Below are positions 17,454 to 28,608 of a DNA stretch of 64,000 nt, piece after piece. The translations under genes were made by a program, and so were the position numbers. Location of the stretch: positions 416,001 through 480,000 of the forward strand of contig CAVPVX010000007.1 in the NCBI GenBank assembly GCA_963709345.1. Reading direction: 5' to 3'. The notes below the pieces were generated by a model. The model did no database searches, was not told the origin of the DNA, and saw only the letters and a program-made list of their open reading frames with translations. Every line of letters starts with the position of its first letter. Position 1 is the stretch's first letter. The stretch comes from an uncultured Actinomycetes bacterium. GTDB taxonomy: Bacteria > Actinomycetota > Thermoleophilia > UBA2241.

Positions 17454-18695
17454 TCACAGCCCGACCTGCAGCCTCCGCTCGCCGTCTGGGGGCGTCGCCG
17501 TCGCGGGCCCGCCACCCGGCTTCGCGCGGCCCAGGAGCAACTGCGCCGCGAACGGGAAGATGAGGGCGGAGACCATGCCGGCCGCGATCAGCGCTTCGCC
17601 GCCCTTGGGCGTGATCAGCTGGAGGCTGTCACCGACGCTGACCGCGACCACGATGAACGAGAGGTTGGTCGCCTGCAGCAGGCCGGCCGCGAGCAGCTCA
17701 TGCCGGCTCAGGTACTTGCGGTAGAGCAGAGCCGGCAGCCCGCGGGCCGCGAGCAGTACCAGGACGAGGACGAGGACGGTCCCGATCTCGTACCAGCCGA
17801 ACAGCCGGCTGACCTGGAAGCTCATGCCGCTGGCGACGAAGAACACCGGGACGAACACACCGAAGCCCACCGCGTCGAGCTTGCTGCGCAGCCCCTCTTC
17901 GTCGTGCCACGTACGCACGATGGCGCCCAGGATACCGCCGGCCAGAAAGGCACCGAGCACCGCCTCGAAGCCGACGCCCACGGCGAGCACCACGGAGGCG
18001 AAGAGCACGGCGACGGCGAGCCGCACACGTATCTGTGACGACGACCGGTCGAGCCGCGCGAACACATCACGGGCCGAACGGGAGCGGGAGAAGCGGGCGA
18101 GGCCGAACAGGAGGCCGACGCTCGCCACCGCGATGAGCAGCAGCGTCGCCGCGTCCGTCCACACCGAGGCGTCGGGCTTGGCGAAGAAGAGGCCGAGCAG
18201 CACGATCGTGCCGAACTCGGCCACCGTGCCGCCGGCCACCGCAAAGCGACCGAGCTCGCTCTGCAGACGACCCGAGTCACGCAATATGGGGATTATGATG
18301 CCGACGGAGGTGGCCGAGAGCGCCACGGCGACGAGCAGAGGCGTGAGCACCAGGCTCTCGGCGGAGAAGACGAGCTCCACCCCGAGGGCGATGACCAGTG
18401 TGAGCCCGAAGCCGATCGCTCCAAGAACCAGCGGCGGTCCCTTGAGCGAGTCGAGGTCGAGTTCCATGCCGGCGAGGAAGAGGAGAAAGACCACACCGAT
18501 CTCGCTGAGCACCTCCACAGGGGCGTCGATCTTGACCAAGCCAAGTACGAAGGGCCCGAGGACGATGCCGGCGATCAGCTCAGCGACCGCCGGGGGAATG
18601 CGCACCTTGGGAAACAGCCCGAGGATGTAGGGGACCGCGAACGCGGCCGCGCCGACGATCGCCAGGTTCACCAGAGTCGTCTGCGTGCCCTCCAT
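17454..18695 (-). CDS. Cation:proton antiporter (CPA2/Kef-like)
   Basis: LLFLAGME, ATSVG, LGAFLAG, PVFFV motifs; about 12 TM. Confidence 0.88.
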   Translation of the reverse strand: MEGTQTTLVNLAIVGAAAFAVPYILGLFPKVRIPPAVAELIAGIVLGPFVLGLVKIDAPVEVLSEIGVVFLLFLAGMELDLDSLKGPPLVLGAIGFGLTLVIALGVELVFSAESLVLTPLLVAVALSATSVGIIIPILRDSGRLQSELGRFAVAGGTVAEFGTIVLLGLFFAKPDASVWTDAATLLLIAVASVGLLFGLARFSRSRSARDVFARLDRSSSQIRVRLAVAVLFASVVLAVGVGFEAVLGAFLAGGILGAIVRTWHDEEGLRSKLDAVGFGVFVPVFFVASGMSFQVSRLFGWYEIGTVLVLVLVLLAARGLPALLYRKYLSRHELLAAGLLQATNLSFIVVAVSVGDSLQLITPKGGEALIAAGMVSALIFPFAAQLLLGRAKPGGGPATATPPDGERRLQVGL

Positions 18696-18909
18696 CTCAG
18701 CCTCCATCGCGATCTCGGCCGCCGCCACGGACACGCTCCGTACTGTCGGCAACGAGCCGGTCTGACTCAAGCGGGCCGATGTCTGCCCTGCGACCCGGCG
18801 CCCGTGCTTCCGCCGCAACGGCGCGACTTGCAGCCGGGACAGGATCCATCATAGTATGCAATTGTATTATTTGAACCTTCCGTTTCATGCAATCAACTGA
18901 GGTGACTCC

Positions 18910-19626
18910 ATGACGCAGCCGGAGACCGTGCCCGCCTTGCTCGCCGAGCTTGAGGGCGCCTCCGCCGAACATGTGCTCGCCGACGCCGCCAAACGCTTCG
19001 CTGGGCGCGTGGCCTTCGCCTCCTCCCTGGGGCTTGAGGATCAGGTCCTCACACACATGATCGCCGAGGCCGAGCTTGAGATCCCGATCTTCACACTCGA
19101 CACCGGTCGCCTCTACCCCGAGACCTACGACCTCATCGACCGCACCAGCAAGCGGTACGGCCTGCGGATCGACGTGCACTTCCCCGACGCTGCCGAGGTC
19201 GAGGAGATGGTGGCGCAGAACGGCATCAACCTCTTCCGAGACAGCATCGAGGCGCGCAAGCTCTGTTGCGGCCTGCGCAAGGTGAAGCCGCTGCGGCGCG
19301 CCCAGGCGGAGCTCGACGCCTGGATCTGCGGTCTGCGCAGCGGCCAGGGCGCAACGCGCCAGAAGGTCGAGCCGGCCGAGTGGGACGACGGCGCCGGCAT
19401 CGTCAAGATCAACCCGCTGGCAGCTTGGGACGAAGCGGGCGTATGGGACTACGTCCGCGCCCACGACGTGCCCTACAACCCGCTGCACGACGCCGGCTTC
19501 CCGAGCATCGGCTGCGCGCCCTGCACGCGTGCCGTCCCCGAGGGCGAGGACGCGCGCTCCGGGCGCTGGTGGTGGGAGAGCGCCGAGCACCGCGAGTGCG
19601 GACTGCATCACAGGAGCGCCTCATGA
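18910..19626 (+). CDS. cysH: Adenylylsulfate (APS) reductase, thioredoxin-dependent
   Basis: [31 protein letters not shown]; Fe-S cysteines indicate APS rather than PAPS reductase. Confidence 0.92.
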   Translation: MTQPETVPALLAELEGASAEHVLADAAKRFAGRVAFASSLGLEDQVLTHMIAEAELEIPIFTLDTGRLYPETYDLIDRTSKRYGLRIDVHFPDAAEVEEMVAQNGINLFRDSIEARKLCCGLRKVKPLRRAQAELDAWICGLRSGQGATRQKVEPAEWDDGAGIVKINPLAAWDEAGVWDYVRAHDVPYNPLHDAGFPSIGCAPCTRAVPEGEDARSGRWWWESAEHRECGLHHRSAS

Positions 19627-20504
19627 ACCAGATCGAGACCCTCGAAGCCAAGAGCGTCCACATCCTGCGCGAGGCGTACCGCTCGCTCGGCAACGTCTGC
19701 ATGCTCTGGTCGATCGGCAAAGACAGCACCGTGCTCCTGCACCTCGCGCGCAAGGCCTTCTTCGGCCACGTGCCGATCCCGCTGGTCCACATCGACACGG
19801 CCTACAAGATGCCGGAGATGATCGAGTACCGTGACAGGCTGGCGCTCGAGTGGCGCCTCAACCTGGTGGTCGGCCAGAACCGCAAGGCGCTCGAGGAGAA
19901 GGCGACCTTCCCCGACGGCAACGTCGACCGCATCACCTGCTGCCGCAACCTCAAGACGATGGCGCTCAAGCACACCCTCTCAGGCGAGTGGCCGCGGCTG
20001 CGCATGGACCACACACTCGGCAAGCTCGTCGAGGACGAGGATCTCTCACCGTACACCGGCGTGATCGTCGGCGTGCGCGCGGACGAAGAGGGTTCGCGCT
20101 CCAAGGAGCGCTACTTCTCGCCACGCGACGTGGAGAACGACTGGAACGTCGATGACCAGCCGCCGGAGCTCTGGCGGTACTTCAAGACCGACTTCGAGCC
20201 CGGCACGCACGTGCGCGTACACCCGCTGCTCGACTGGACCGAGCTCAACGTGTGGGAGTACATCGAGCGCGAGAGCATCCCGGTGACGTCGCTCTACTTC
20301 GACGACGGCACCGGCACCCGCTGCCGCTCCCTGGGCTGCGAGCCGTGCACGACTCCAGTGCAGTCGACGGCGACCAACGTCGCCGAGATCATCGAAGAGC
20401 TGCGCACCGGCAAGTTCAGCAACATCGCCGAGCGCAGCGGCCGCGCCCAGGACAAGGACGACGGCGGTGGCCTGGAGTCACTGCGTCGCGGGGGGTACAT
20501 GTGA
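19623..20504 (+). CDS. cysD: Sulfate adenylyltransferase subunit 2
   Basis: [39 protein letters not shown]. Confidence 0.93.
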   Translation: MNQIETLEAKSVHILREAYRSLGNVCMLWSIGKDSTVLLHLARKAFFGHVPIPLVHIDTAYKMPEMIEYRDRLALEWRLNLVVGQNRKALEEKATFPDGNVDRITCCRNLKTMALKHTLSGEWPRLRMDHTLGKLVEDEDLSPYTGVIVGVRADEEGSRSKERYFSPRDVENDWNVDDQPPELWRYFKTDFEPGTHVRVHPLLDWTELNVWEYIERESIPVTSLYFDDGTGTRCRSLGCEPCTTPVQSTATNVAEIIEELRTGKFSNIAERSGRAQDKDDGGGLESLRRGGYM

Positions 20505-22315
20505 TCCCGTCAGCCGAGAACATCCCCGCAGGGAAGCCGGCACCGGTCTTCGTCTCTCCCGACCTGGAGCGCATGGACATCGTCGCCGTCGGTCACGTCG
20601 ACCACGGCAAGAGCACCGTCATCGGCCGGCTCATGGCCGACACCGGGTCGCTGCCCGACGGCAAGCTCGACCAGGTCAAGGCGATGTGCAAGATCAACGC
20701 CCGCCCGTTCGAGTACGCCTTCCTGCTCGACGCGCTCAAGAACGAGCAGGCGCAGGGCATCACCATCGACACGGCGCGCTGCTTCTTCAACACACCCAAG
20801 CGCCACTACATCATCCACGACGCCCCCGGCCACGTGGAGTTCCTCAAGAACATGATCACCGGCGCCTCGCGCGCCCAGGCCGCGCTGCTCGTGATCGACG
20901 CCAAGGAGGGGGTGCGCGAGAACTCCAAGCGCCACGGCTACATCCTCTCGATGCTCGGCATCCGCCAGATCTCGGTGCTGGTCAACAAGATGGACCTGCT
21001 GGACTGGGACCAGGCGGCGTTCGATGCGATCAGGCACGAGTACGCCGACTTCCTCGGCCGCCTCGGCGTACACCCGCTCAGCTTCGTCCCGGTCAGCGCG
21101 CGCGACGGCGCCAACATCGTGCACAGGGCCGTCGAGGCGCCGTGGTACGACGGCCCCACCGTGCTTGAGCAGGTCGAGGACTTCAAGCGTCTCGACGACG
21201 ACCTCGACAGGCCGTTCCGCATGCCGCTCCAGGACGTCTACAAGTTCACCGCGGCGGGCGACGACCGGCGCATCTTCGTCGGCACCGTCGAGACCGGCCG
21301 CATCCGGCCCGGCGACAACGTCGTCTTCTTGCCGTCGGGCAAACACTCGACGGTGAGGACGATCGAGGCCCTCTCCGGGCCACGACCGGACGAAGCGTAT
21401 TCCGGCCAGGCAGCGGGCCTGACCCTCGACACGCAGGTCTACGCGAAGCCGGGCGAGATGATGGTCCGCGCCGACGAGCCCGCGCCGTTGATCGCCACAC
21501 GCCTGCGCGCCAACGTCTTCTGGATGGGGACGGCGCCGCTGATCCGCGGCCGGCGCTACGTGCTGCGCATGGGCGCCGCCCGCGTGCCCGTCGAGCTCGA
21601 GTCCGTGATGAGCGTGCTCGACGAGCAGGAACTGCAGTCGGTGACCGGCGCGGCGCAAGTCGAGCGCCACGCCGTCGCCGAGGTGATCTTCCGCGCCACG
21701 CGCCCGGTGGCCTTCGACGCCGCCGACACGCTCGAGCCGACCTCGCGCTTCGTGATCGTCCACGGCTGGGACACGGCCGGCTGCGGCATCGCCCTCGAGG
21801 CGCTGCCCGAGGCGGCCGCGAGCGGCGAGGGAGAGCGGCGCTTCGGCGGCGGCGATGTGACCGAAGAGCAGCGCGCCGCGCGCTACGGCCACGGCGGCAA
21901 GGCGATCGTCTTCGTCGGCGAGTCCGGCGCGGACGCGCGCGACGTCGCCGCGGCACTCGAGCGCCGCGCGTTCGACCGCGGCGTGCACTCGTACTGCCTC
22001 ACCGCCACGGACCTGGGTGAGGACGAGGACGTCCTCGGCCGCGACGCGCAGCTCGGCCGCCTCGGCGAGATCGCCTGGGCGATGACCGACGCCGGCATCG
22101 TCCTGGTGGCGGCCCTCGGCGACATGGACCGCTTCGACCTCGAGCGCCTGCGCACTCTGGCCGCGCCGCACGAGGTCTTCGTGATCGGGCGCGGCGACGG
22201 CGGCGACCTCGGCGCGGACCTGGATCTGCCCGCCGGCCTGGGCGTCGAGGCGGCGGCGGAGGAGGCGCTCCGCGCCCTGACCACCGCCGGCGTGCTGCCG
22301 CAGCCCGGGCGCTAG
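20501..22315 (+). CDS. cysN: Sulfate adenylyltransferase subunit 1 with degenerate C-terminal APS-kinase-like domain
   Basis: [23 protein letters not shown] GTPase motifs. Confidence 0.92.
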   Translation: MIPSAENIPAGKPAPVFVSPDLERMDIVAVGHVDHGKSTVIGRLMADTGSLPDGKLDQVKAMCKINARPFEYAFLLDALKNEQAQGITIDTARCFFNTPKRHYIIHDAPGHVEFLKNMITGASRAQAALLVIDAKEGVRENSKRHGYILSMLGIRQISVLVNKMDLLDWDQAAFDAIRHEYADFLGRLGVHPLSFVPVSARDGANIVHRAVEAPWYDGPTVLEQVEDFKRLDDDLDRPFRMPLQDVYKFTAAGDDRRIFVGTVETGRIRPGDNVVFLPSGKHSTVRTIEALSGPRPDEAYSGQAAGLTLDTQVYAKPGEMMVRADEPAPLIATRLRANVFWMGTAPLIRGRRYVLRMGAARVPVELESVMSVLDEQELQSVTGAAQVERHAVAEVIFRATRPVAFDAADTLEPTSRFVIVHGWDTAGCGIALEALPEAAASGEGERRFGGGDVTEEQRAARYGHGGKAIVFVGESGADARDVAAALERRAFDRGVHSYCLTATDLGEDEDVLGRDAQLGRLGEIAWAMTDAGIVLVAALGDMDRFDLERLRTLAAPHEVFVIGRGDGGDLGADLDLPAGLGVEAAAEEALRALTTAGVLPQPGR

Positions 22316-22467
22316 AGCGCGACGACTTCACCGTCCGCGTCGAGCGGCCAGCCGGCTGGATACCGCCGGCTGGCCGCAGAACGTGCCCTGACTCAGGTCA
22401 CCACACGACGTCGTGGCCGGCGGCGAGAGGTGCGCATCGGCGCCCTCTCCCGCTCGCCACGTTATCG

Positions 22468-24022
22468 TCAGGGACGCATGGCGTCGTACATGATCGTCAG
22501 CAGCTCGGGAGTCGTGTACGGCCTCCAGCTATGCCCGCCGTTCGGCCCGTACCAGAACTCCGCGTTCGCGAGGGGGTCTGTTCTCCTCGAAGAAGATGCG
22601 AAGGTCCATGGGCCGCCATGCCTCGGCCACGGTCTTGTCGATCTGCCCGGTGACCTTGTCCCAGATCGGAGCAGGGTAGCCGTCCGGCCCCTGCGGGCCG
22701 TAGACGGCCTGCCAGATGTCCCACTGGCCCCACCCTGAGCGCCCGTGTGTGCCCAGGGCCAGCTCGAAATGGTTCTCCTGCGCCATCGTCAACCGGACGT
22801 CCCCAGATATGTCTCTCGAGGCCGGCCTCGGCACATCCACCCAGTCGCTCTGAGTGAAGTACGCGTTCTCGTCCTCGTACACGTTGATGAGCTGGTGGAA
22901 CCTGAAGTCCACCGAGTCCGGCGCGAACGCCCACGTCCCCTGGTACATGTCCGGGTAGAACGCCATCTGGGCGAGTGCCTCCCACCCGCCGGTGGAGCCC
23001 CCGGTGAGGGTCCGTGCCCAGCGCTCCGGGATGATCCGGAAGGCGGCCTCTATGGCCGGGATCAGCTCCTGCGTGATGGCGTCCCCATACGGCCCCAGGT
23101 TCGCCGAGTTCACCGCATAGGAGTCGTCGTAGTACGGGTTCTCGTGGCGGATGGTGATCGCCATCATCCGCGGCGTCTCCTCCGCGACCCACCACGCGGA
23201 GAAGCTGTTGCTCAGATCCTCCTTGAACCCGAACGGATTGCTGAACGGGAAGTGGCCGTGAGAGTAGACCACCGGGTAGTTGGTGATGGAGCTGTCGTAG
23301 CCCTCGGGCAGGAGGATGTTCGCCCCGATGTACATCGGCGTCCCCCAGAAGGCTGTCAGCAGATCGCTCTGGATCTTGATGTGCTTCACGTGAGCGGAAT
23401 CGCTCGGGTTGCCCTGCTGGGTCGTGCCACCCGGCGGCACCGGGTCGGCCGGCTCGATGACCTGGTCGAGGAGGAGCTTGACGGTCATCGCACGCGCAGG
23501 ATTGAGGCGGACCTTGATCACCTTGCTGTACAGGTTGCCCGGCGAGCTGAACGGGTCCTGACCATCGCCGCCCGGCATGTGGAGCCGCACGGTCGAGCCG
23601 TCGGAGCGCTCGAACTTCGTGTAGACGTTGAAGAACGCCTGCACGTAGTACACCCCCGCAGGGATCTTGCGGATCGACGTCAGTGGATAGCCATAGACGT
23701 TCGCCCCACGTGACATCGTCACCGTACGGCCCGGCCGGACTGTGAAGACGTCCATCCCGAAGAAGGGCACTCCGGTCGTGTCGATCTGGAAGCGCGGCTC
23801 GGATTCGCCGTCCTTGGTGATGATGACGTAGGCGCGTCCAGTGACCCGGGCGCTGACAGCGCTCTTCGCAACCTTGATCTGGAACCCCAGGGTCCCCTGC
23901 TTCGAATCCTTGAGCCCCGCCGCGGGCTCCGCCGGCCTCCTGGCGCCGGCGCCGCCGGCCAGGCCGGCGAACACGGCGAGGACCGCCGCCACGGCGACGA
24001 CCACGAACAACCGCCTTCTCAT
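22468..24022 (-). pseudogene. Secreted esterase-family (alpha/beta hydrolase) protein, disrupted near the C-terminus
   Basis: Signal peptide, GGSTGG nucleophile elbow, NSANLGPYGDA; frame breaks near 22580 and a plausible C-terminus (TDPLANAEFWYGPNGGHSW...AMRP*) lies in another frame. Confidence 0.7.
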
Positions 24023-24318
24023 GATGCACTCCCTTCGCTCTCCTGGATGGACGACGCGCCGGTCGTACGCCGGATCGCGGCAGGTGCCCCCCGCGCGAAC
24101 GTACCACTCGTTCGTTTTCTGTCAGGAGGGTCCAGCTCTGCCAACAGGGCGAGCGACGCGATCTGCCCCCATGTGCGCCCGGTATCTGACCGCCGCAGGC
24201 AGCCTGATGGGACCGCCGCCCGGCCGCTCGGCCGCTCGCGCACGTGCGCGCAGGCGGGCGGCGGGGAACACTCTGGTCGGGGCGCGCCGTGCCCACCGCG
24301 CCGCACGAACGGGGGATC

Positions 24319-25665
24319 ATGGACGACCGGCTCGTTCACTACAACCGCTACGCCTGGAGAGGCGTCGTCCTGCGCGGCCCCGGCGCCGGCGTCTCGCGCC
24401 TGGCGACGACGGCGCTGCGCCGTTGGCTGGTCGGTGCCGAGCAGAGCTGGGCCTTCTCCCCGCCGACGCCGGCCTGGCGGCCGCCGCGGGTCGCCCGCAC
24501 GTCCCTCTACCTGCACGTCCCCTTCTGCCGCAACGCCTGCCCGTACTGCCCGTACACAAAGCTGCCGTACGACCCCCGCCTCGTCCCGACGTACGAGCGA
24601 GCCGCCCTCACGGAGGTCGACTGGTGGGCCGGGGCGATCGGCCCCGCGGAGGTGACCAGCATCTACATCGGCGGCGGGACGCCGACCCTGGCGCTGGAGA
24701 GCGTGGCGCGCGTCCTCACGCGGATGCGCGCCCGCTTCCGGGTCACCGGCGACATCTGCGTCGAGACCAGCCCGCCGGAGGTGGACGCCATGCTCGTCAC
24801 GCGACTCCACGAAGCCGGCGTCGACATGGTGTCGCTCGGCGTGCAATCGTTCCAGGCAGCGCGCCTGTTGGCCGCCGGCCGCCGGTACACCCCCGAAGTC
24901 GCAGCCGATGCCCTCGCGCGCCTCGCGGCGGGCGGCTTCGCCGCGGTCAACGCCGATATCATGTTCGCCCTGCCCGGCCAGACCGCCGCCGACGTCGTCG
25001 CCGACCTGGAGCGCGCCGACCGCTTGGGTGCCGACCAGGTCACCGCCTACCCCCTCTTCACGTTCCCATACTCGGAGGTGGGCGAGTACCTGCGACTCTC
25101 GGGCGTCGGGATGCCCCGCCTCGCGATCCGGCGGGAGCACTATCGGGCGATCACGAGGTGGGCTCGCGAGGCGGGCTTCGAGCGCGTGTCGGTCTGGGGC
25201 TTCCGCCGCGGCGACGCACCGCGCTACTCATCCGTCACGCGCGACGGCTACATCGGTATCGGCCCCGGCGCAGGCTCGCACCTGCCGGACGGTTTCACCC
25301 TGAACACGTTCGACCTCGACGCCTGGGAGGGCGCCGTCGCCGCCGGCCGTTCGCCGATCGCTCTGCGCCTCCCGTTCGCCGCGCAGATGAGCGGCTGGTG
25401 GTGGCTCTACTGGCGCTTCTACGATACGCGCATCCCACTGGCGGTCCTGGACGAGCAACTCGGTCCGGATGCGGCAAAGGCGCGCCGGTGGCTTCGCGGT
25501 ATCGCCGCCGTCGGCCTCGCCCGGTTAGACGACGGCGACATCACGCTCACCGACGCCGGTGCCTTCTGGCTGCACCTGGCACAGAACCACTTCGCGCTCG
25601 CCTCCGTGGACAGGCTGTGGGCCGCCGGCCGCCGGGAGCCGTGGCCGCTCGAGGTACGCGTGTGA
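24319..25665 (+). CDS. Radical SAM protein, HemN/coproporphyrinogen III oxidase-like family
   Basis: YLHVPFCRNACPYC, YIGGGTP, SLGVQSF, YIGIGPGA. Confidence 0.88.
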   Translation: MDDRLVHYNRYAWRGVVLRGPGAGVSRLATTALRRWLVGAEQSWAFSPPTPAWRPPRVARTSLYLHVPFCRNACPYCPYTKLPYDPRLVPTYERAALTEVDWWAGAIGPAEVTSIYIGGGTPTLALESVARVLTRMRARFRVTGDICVETSPPEVDAMLVTRLHEAGVDMVSLGVQSFQAARLLAAGRRYTPEVAADALARLAAGGFAAVNADIMFALPGQTAADVVADLERADRLGADQVTAYPLFTFPYSEVGEYLRLSGVGMPRLAIRREHYRAITRWAREAGFERVSVWGFRRGDAPRYSSVTRDGYIGIGPGAGSHLPDGFTLNTFDLDAWEGAVAAGRSPIALRLPFAAQMSGWWWLYWRFYDTRIPLAVLDEQLGPDAAKARRWLRGIAAVGLARLDDGDITLTDAGAFWLHLAQNHFALASVDRLWAAGRREPWPLEVRV

Positions 25666-25842
25666 CCACAGGCGGCGCGGGACTTCCTTGACAAGATGAT
25701 GTAGACTGCACGCACGGGTCAGAATGAGACCCGAGGTTTGGCGGCGTGACCACTTGCTTCTCCGCCGGCACAAGCAGCGGAATAAGGCAAATGGTCACGC
25801 CGCTTTGTTTAAGCCCCCAGGGGCTGGAAAAGGATGCGTCAG

Positions 25843-26046
25843 ATGGCAGAAGGCACAGTCAAGTGGTTCAACGCGGCTAAGGGTTACGGCTTCATCTCCC
25901 GTGAAGATGGCGACGATCTGTTCGTCCACTTCCGCGAGATCCAGTCCGAGGGCTTCAAGACCCTCGACGAGGGCGACAAGGTCTCCTTCGACGTGACCGA
26001 AGGCCAGAACGGCAAGATGCAGGCGAGCAACGTCCGCAAGGTCTGA
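25843..26046 (+). CDS. Cold-shock protein
   Basis: [19 protein letters not shown]; long AT-richer leader. Confidence 0.96.
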   Translation: MAEGTVKWFNAAKGYGFISREDGDDLFVHFREIQSEGFKTLDEGDKVSFDVTEGQNGKMQASNVRKV

Positions 26047-26069
26047 CGCACGCGCGGGCAGCCGAAGCC

Positions 26070-26108
26070 GCACCGAGGGCGGTCCCGTTTCGGGGCCGCC
26101 CTCGGTGC
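26070..26108 (+). terminator. Hairpin terminator after the csp gene
   Basis: GCACCGAGGGCGG...CCGCCCTCGGTGC inverted repeat. Confidence 0.7.
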
Positions 26109-26201
26109 GTACGGACATCCCTCCTGGCGCACAGGACCCCCACCGCGGATCGGGCGGTGACGCCGGATCCCGCCATGGACCCCCGCTCACGATGCGCTAG
26201 G

Positions 26202-26930
26202 ATGCCCGCCGTGAAGCTCCGCCGCCCCCCGATCGAATCGCTCACCGTGGACGGCCTGACCTTCGCCGTGCGCTGGAGCCGGCGCCGGCGTACGGTGGGC
26301 ATCACCGTGGCGCGCGACGGCCGTCTCGTCGTGGCGGCGCCGGCAGGCGTTCCGGCGCGCAAACTCGAAGGCTTCGTGCGCGCCAAGCTCCCATGGGTAC
26401 GCCGCAAGCTCGACGAGTTCGAGGCGCTCGGCCCCGCACCCGAGCCGACACGTTTCGTCGCCGGCGAGCACCTCCCCTACCTGGGGCGCGCATACCAGAT
26501 CGCGCTCGTCGACGATCCACCGGCGCCCGTCGCCCTGCGCCGAGGCCGTTTCGAGATCGCGCACGGGCTCGACGGCGCGGCCCGCACCGAGGTCGTCGGC
26601 TGGTACACGTCGCGTGCCCGGCCCCACATCGACCGCTCGGTGGCGCGGTTCACCCCCCTCATCGGCGCCGCTCCGCGCACCGTCGTCGTGCGCGACCTGG
26701 GCAAGCGGCGTTGGGGCGTCTGCGACCACCGTGCTGCAAAGGTGAGCTTTCACTGGCAGCTCGTCACCCAGCCGCCGGACCTCGTCGACTACGTGGTCGT
26801 GCACGAGCTGGCACATCTCCTCGAACCGCACCACGGCCCGGCGTTCTGGGCCCGCGTCGCCGCCGTACTGCCCGACTGGAAGACTCGGCGACAGCGGCTC
26901 AGAGACCGAGGGCAGGGTCTCCTCCTCTGA
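26202..26930 (+). CDS. M48/YgjP (DUF45) family metal-dependent hydrolase
   Basis: SRRRRT, RWGVC, DYVVVHELAHL, HGPAFW. Confidence 0.88.
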   Translation: MPAVKLRRPPIESLTVDGLTFAVRWSRRRRTVGITVARDGRLVVAAPAGVPARKLEGFVRAKLPWVRRKLDEFEALGPAPEPTRFVAGEHLPYLGRAYQIALVDDPPAPVALRRGRFEIAHGLDGAARTEVVGWYTSRARPHIDRSVARFTPLIGAAPRTVVVRDLGKRRWGVCDHRAAKVSFHWQLVTQPPDLVDYVVVHELAHLLEPHHGPAFWARVAAVLPDWKTRRQRLRDRGQGLLL

Positions 26931-26999
26931 CGAAACGCCCGCGTGAGAGCACGACCCTGCGCGGGTAGCTACAGGACGACATCCCGCGGAGGAGGCCCC

Positions 27000-27467
27000 A
27001 TGCAGACACTGCACGCAGACATCGAGATCGACGCGCCCGCCGACCTTGTCTGGCGCGTCGTGAGCGACCTGCCGAACTACGAGGAGTGGAACCCCTTCAT
27101 CATCCGCGCTGCGGGCGACCTGCGCGTCGGCGCACACCTCGACGTCGCGATCCGGGCGCCCGGCATGAAGCCGGTCGGTTTCAAGCCCCGGGTCCTCGAC
27201 CTCGAGCCGGGGCGGCTGATCCGCTGGAAGGGGCGGCTCTGGGTACCCGGCCTCTTCGACGGACGTCACGCGCTCAGCGTGGAGCCTCTCGGCGCCGAGC
27301 GCTCTCGATTCACGAGCCACGAAGAAGTGAGCGGCGTACTGACGCCCCTCCTCAAGAAGACGATGCGCGCCTCGCAGCAGGGCTTCGAGGAAATGGCCCG
27401 CGCGCTGGCAGAGCGTGTGCTGCAGCTGACGACCGACGAGGCGGCGGACGTGACGACGGCGCCATGA
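27000..27467 (+). CDS. SRPBCC (polyketide cyclase/START-like) family protein
   Basis: IEIDAP..VW, Y.EWNPF, GLFDGRH; GGAGG RBS. Confidence 0.85.
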   Translation: MQTLHADIEIDAPADLVWRVVSDLPNYEEWNPFIIRAAGDLRVGAHLDVAIRAPGMKPVGFKPRVLDLEPGRLIRWKGRLWVPGLFDGRHALSVEPLGAERSRFTSHEEVSGVLTPLLKKTMRASQQGFEEMARALAERVLQLTTDEAADVTTAP

Positions 27468-27799
27468 GGAACCCCCGTCGCGCCTCGACCGACGGACTGC
27501 AGCGCATCCCCGGCGTGGGGCCGTCCATGGCCACCGACCTGCGTCGCGTCGGTGTCGAACGGCTCGAGGACCTGGCCGGGCGCGACCCACGGCAGCTCTA
27601 CGAACAGCTCGAGGACCTCGCCGGCGAGCACGTCGACCGTTGCGTGCTCTACGTTTTTCGCGCGGCGGTCTACTTCGCGAGCACCGCCGACCTCGAGCCC
27701 GAGCTCACGAAATGGTGGAGCTGGAAGGATGGCGGTCTCGCCGAGCGCCGTGGGCTCGTGGCCCCGCCAGACACCCGACCGCGGCGCGAAACCGCGTAG
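27464..27799 (+). CDS. Helix-hairpin-helix domain protein (Cdd1/pathogenicity-locus-like)
   Basis: LQRIPGVGPSMA, DRCVLYVFR, KWWSWKD. Confidence 0.82.
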   Translation: MRNPRRASTDGLQRIPGVGPSMATDLRRVGVERLEDLAGRDPRQLYEQLEDLAGEHVDRCVLYVFRAAVYFASTADLEPELTKWWSWKDGGLAERRGLVAPPDTRPRRETA

Positions 27800-28095
27800 C
27801 ATGAGGTAGTCCGTGGCCGATTCGACCTGATCGCCCGCGAACCTCCAGATGTGAATGAACGGCACGGGGATGACCTCCCAGGTGCCGCGCGACCGGGGGC
27901 GATACCGGCCCCCGACGACGAGCCGGGCGCGGCGCTCGTCGCAGTCCCACGGGCAGAGCTCCACGCCGACGAGCTCGAAGCGAGCGGGCATGGCGCCGAA
28001 CAGAGCCACGGCGACGATCCTCCCGGAGACGCGCATGCGCCCCGCGTCGACCAGGTCACGGACAACCCCCTGCGGATCTGTTCCAGCACGTCCAT
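27800..28095 (-). pseudogene. Possible SnoaL/NTF2-like gene fragment
   Basis: LVVGGRYR...VPFIHIWRF...DY resembles the NTF2-like C-terminal strands; frame is broken. Confidence 0.3.
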
Positions 28096-28177
28096 ACCAT
28101 CGTTTTCCCCGCTGCAGGGCCTGTGGTATCCTCTGCCTCCCGCGGGGCCGACACGGCGTCCGTCACCCCGCACCCGT

Positions 28178-28252
28178 GGGCGATTAGCTCAGCGGGAGAG
28201 CGCCCGCCTCACACGCGGGAGGTCGTTGGTTCAAATCCAACATCGCCCACCA
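28178..28252 (+). tRNA. tRNA-Val(CAC)
   Basis: GGGCGAT/ATCGCCC stem, CCCGC-CT CAC AC-GCGGG anticodon arm, GGTTCAAATCC, CCA. Confidence 0.96.
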
Positions 28253-28608
28253 CTCTCGCCATAGCCGCATCGTGGATGCTGCCTCCACGCAGCGGAAATC
28301 TTGTCCAGCCTGCACGCTCACGGCCTGCCAGATATCGCCCGCGAAGGGCTTGCTTTTGGCCCGTTGCCGCTCTAGTGTGTGCGATTGGTCAAGCCCGAGG
28401 AGCGCGACGCAAGCCGCCGTCGTCCAGCCCGACCGGTCCAGGACCACGGGGCGCGATGGATCGACACCTGCGAACGCCGCGCTGGCTGGTCGCGCCGCGT
28501 GGGAACCTGGTAGCCCGCCGGCCGCGGACGAGCCTCCCCCAGGCACGAGCGCAGGAGAAGATCCTGCCGACAATCGAACCAGTGAAAGGTTCATGGGAGG
28601 TGAACAGG

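Noticed and set aside
25686-25726. TTGACA promoter for the cold-shock gene
   Set aside because: Candidate -10 boxes are not at a 16-18 bp spacing, so no promoter is called
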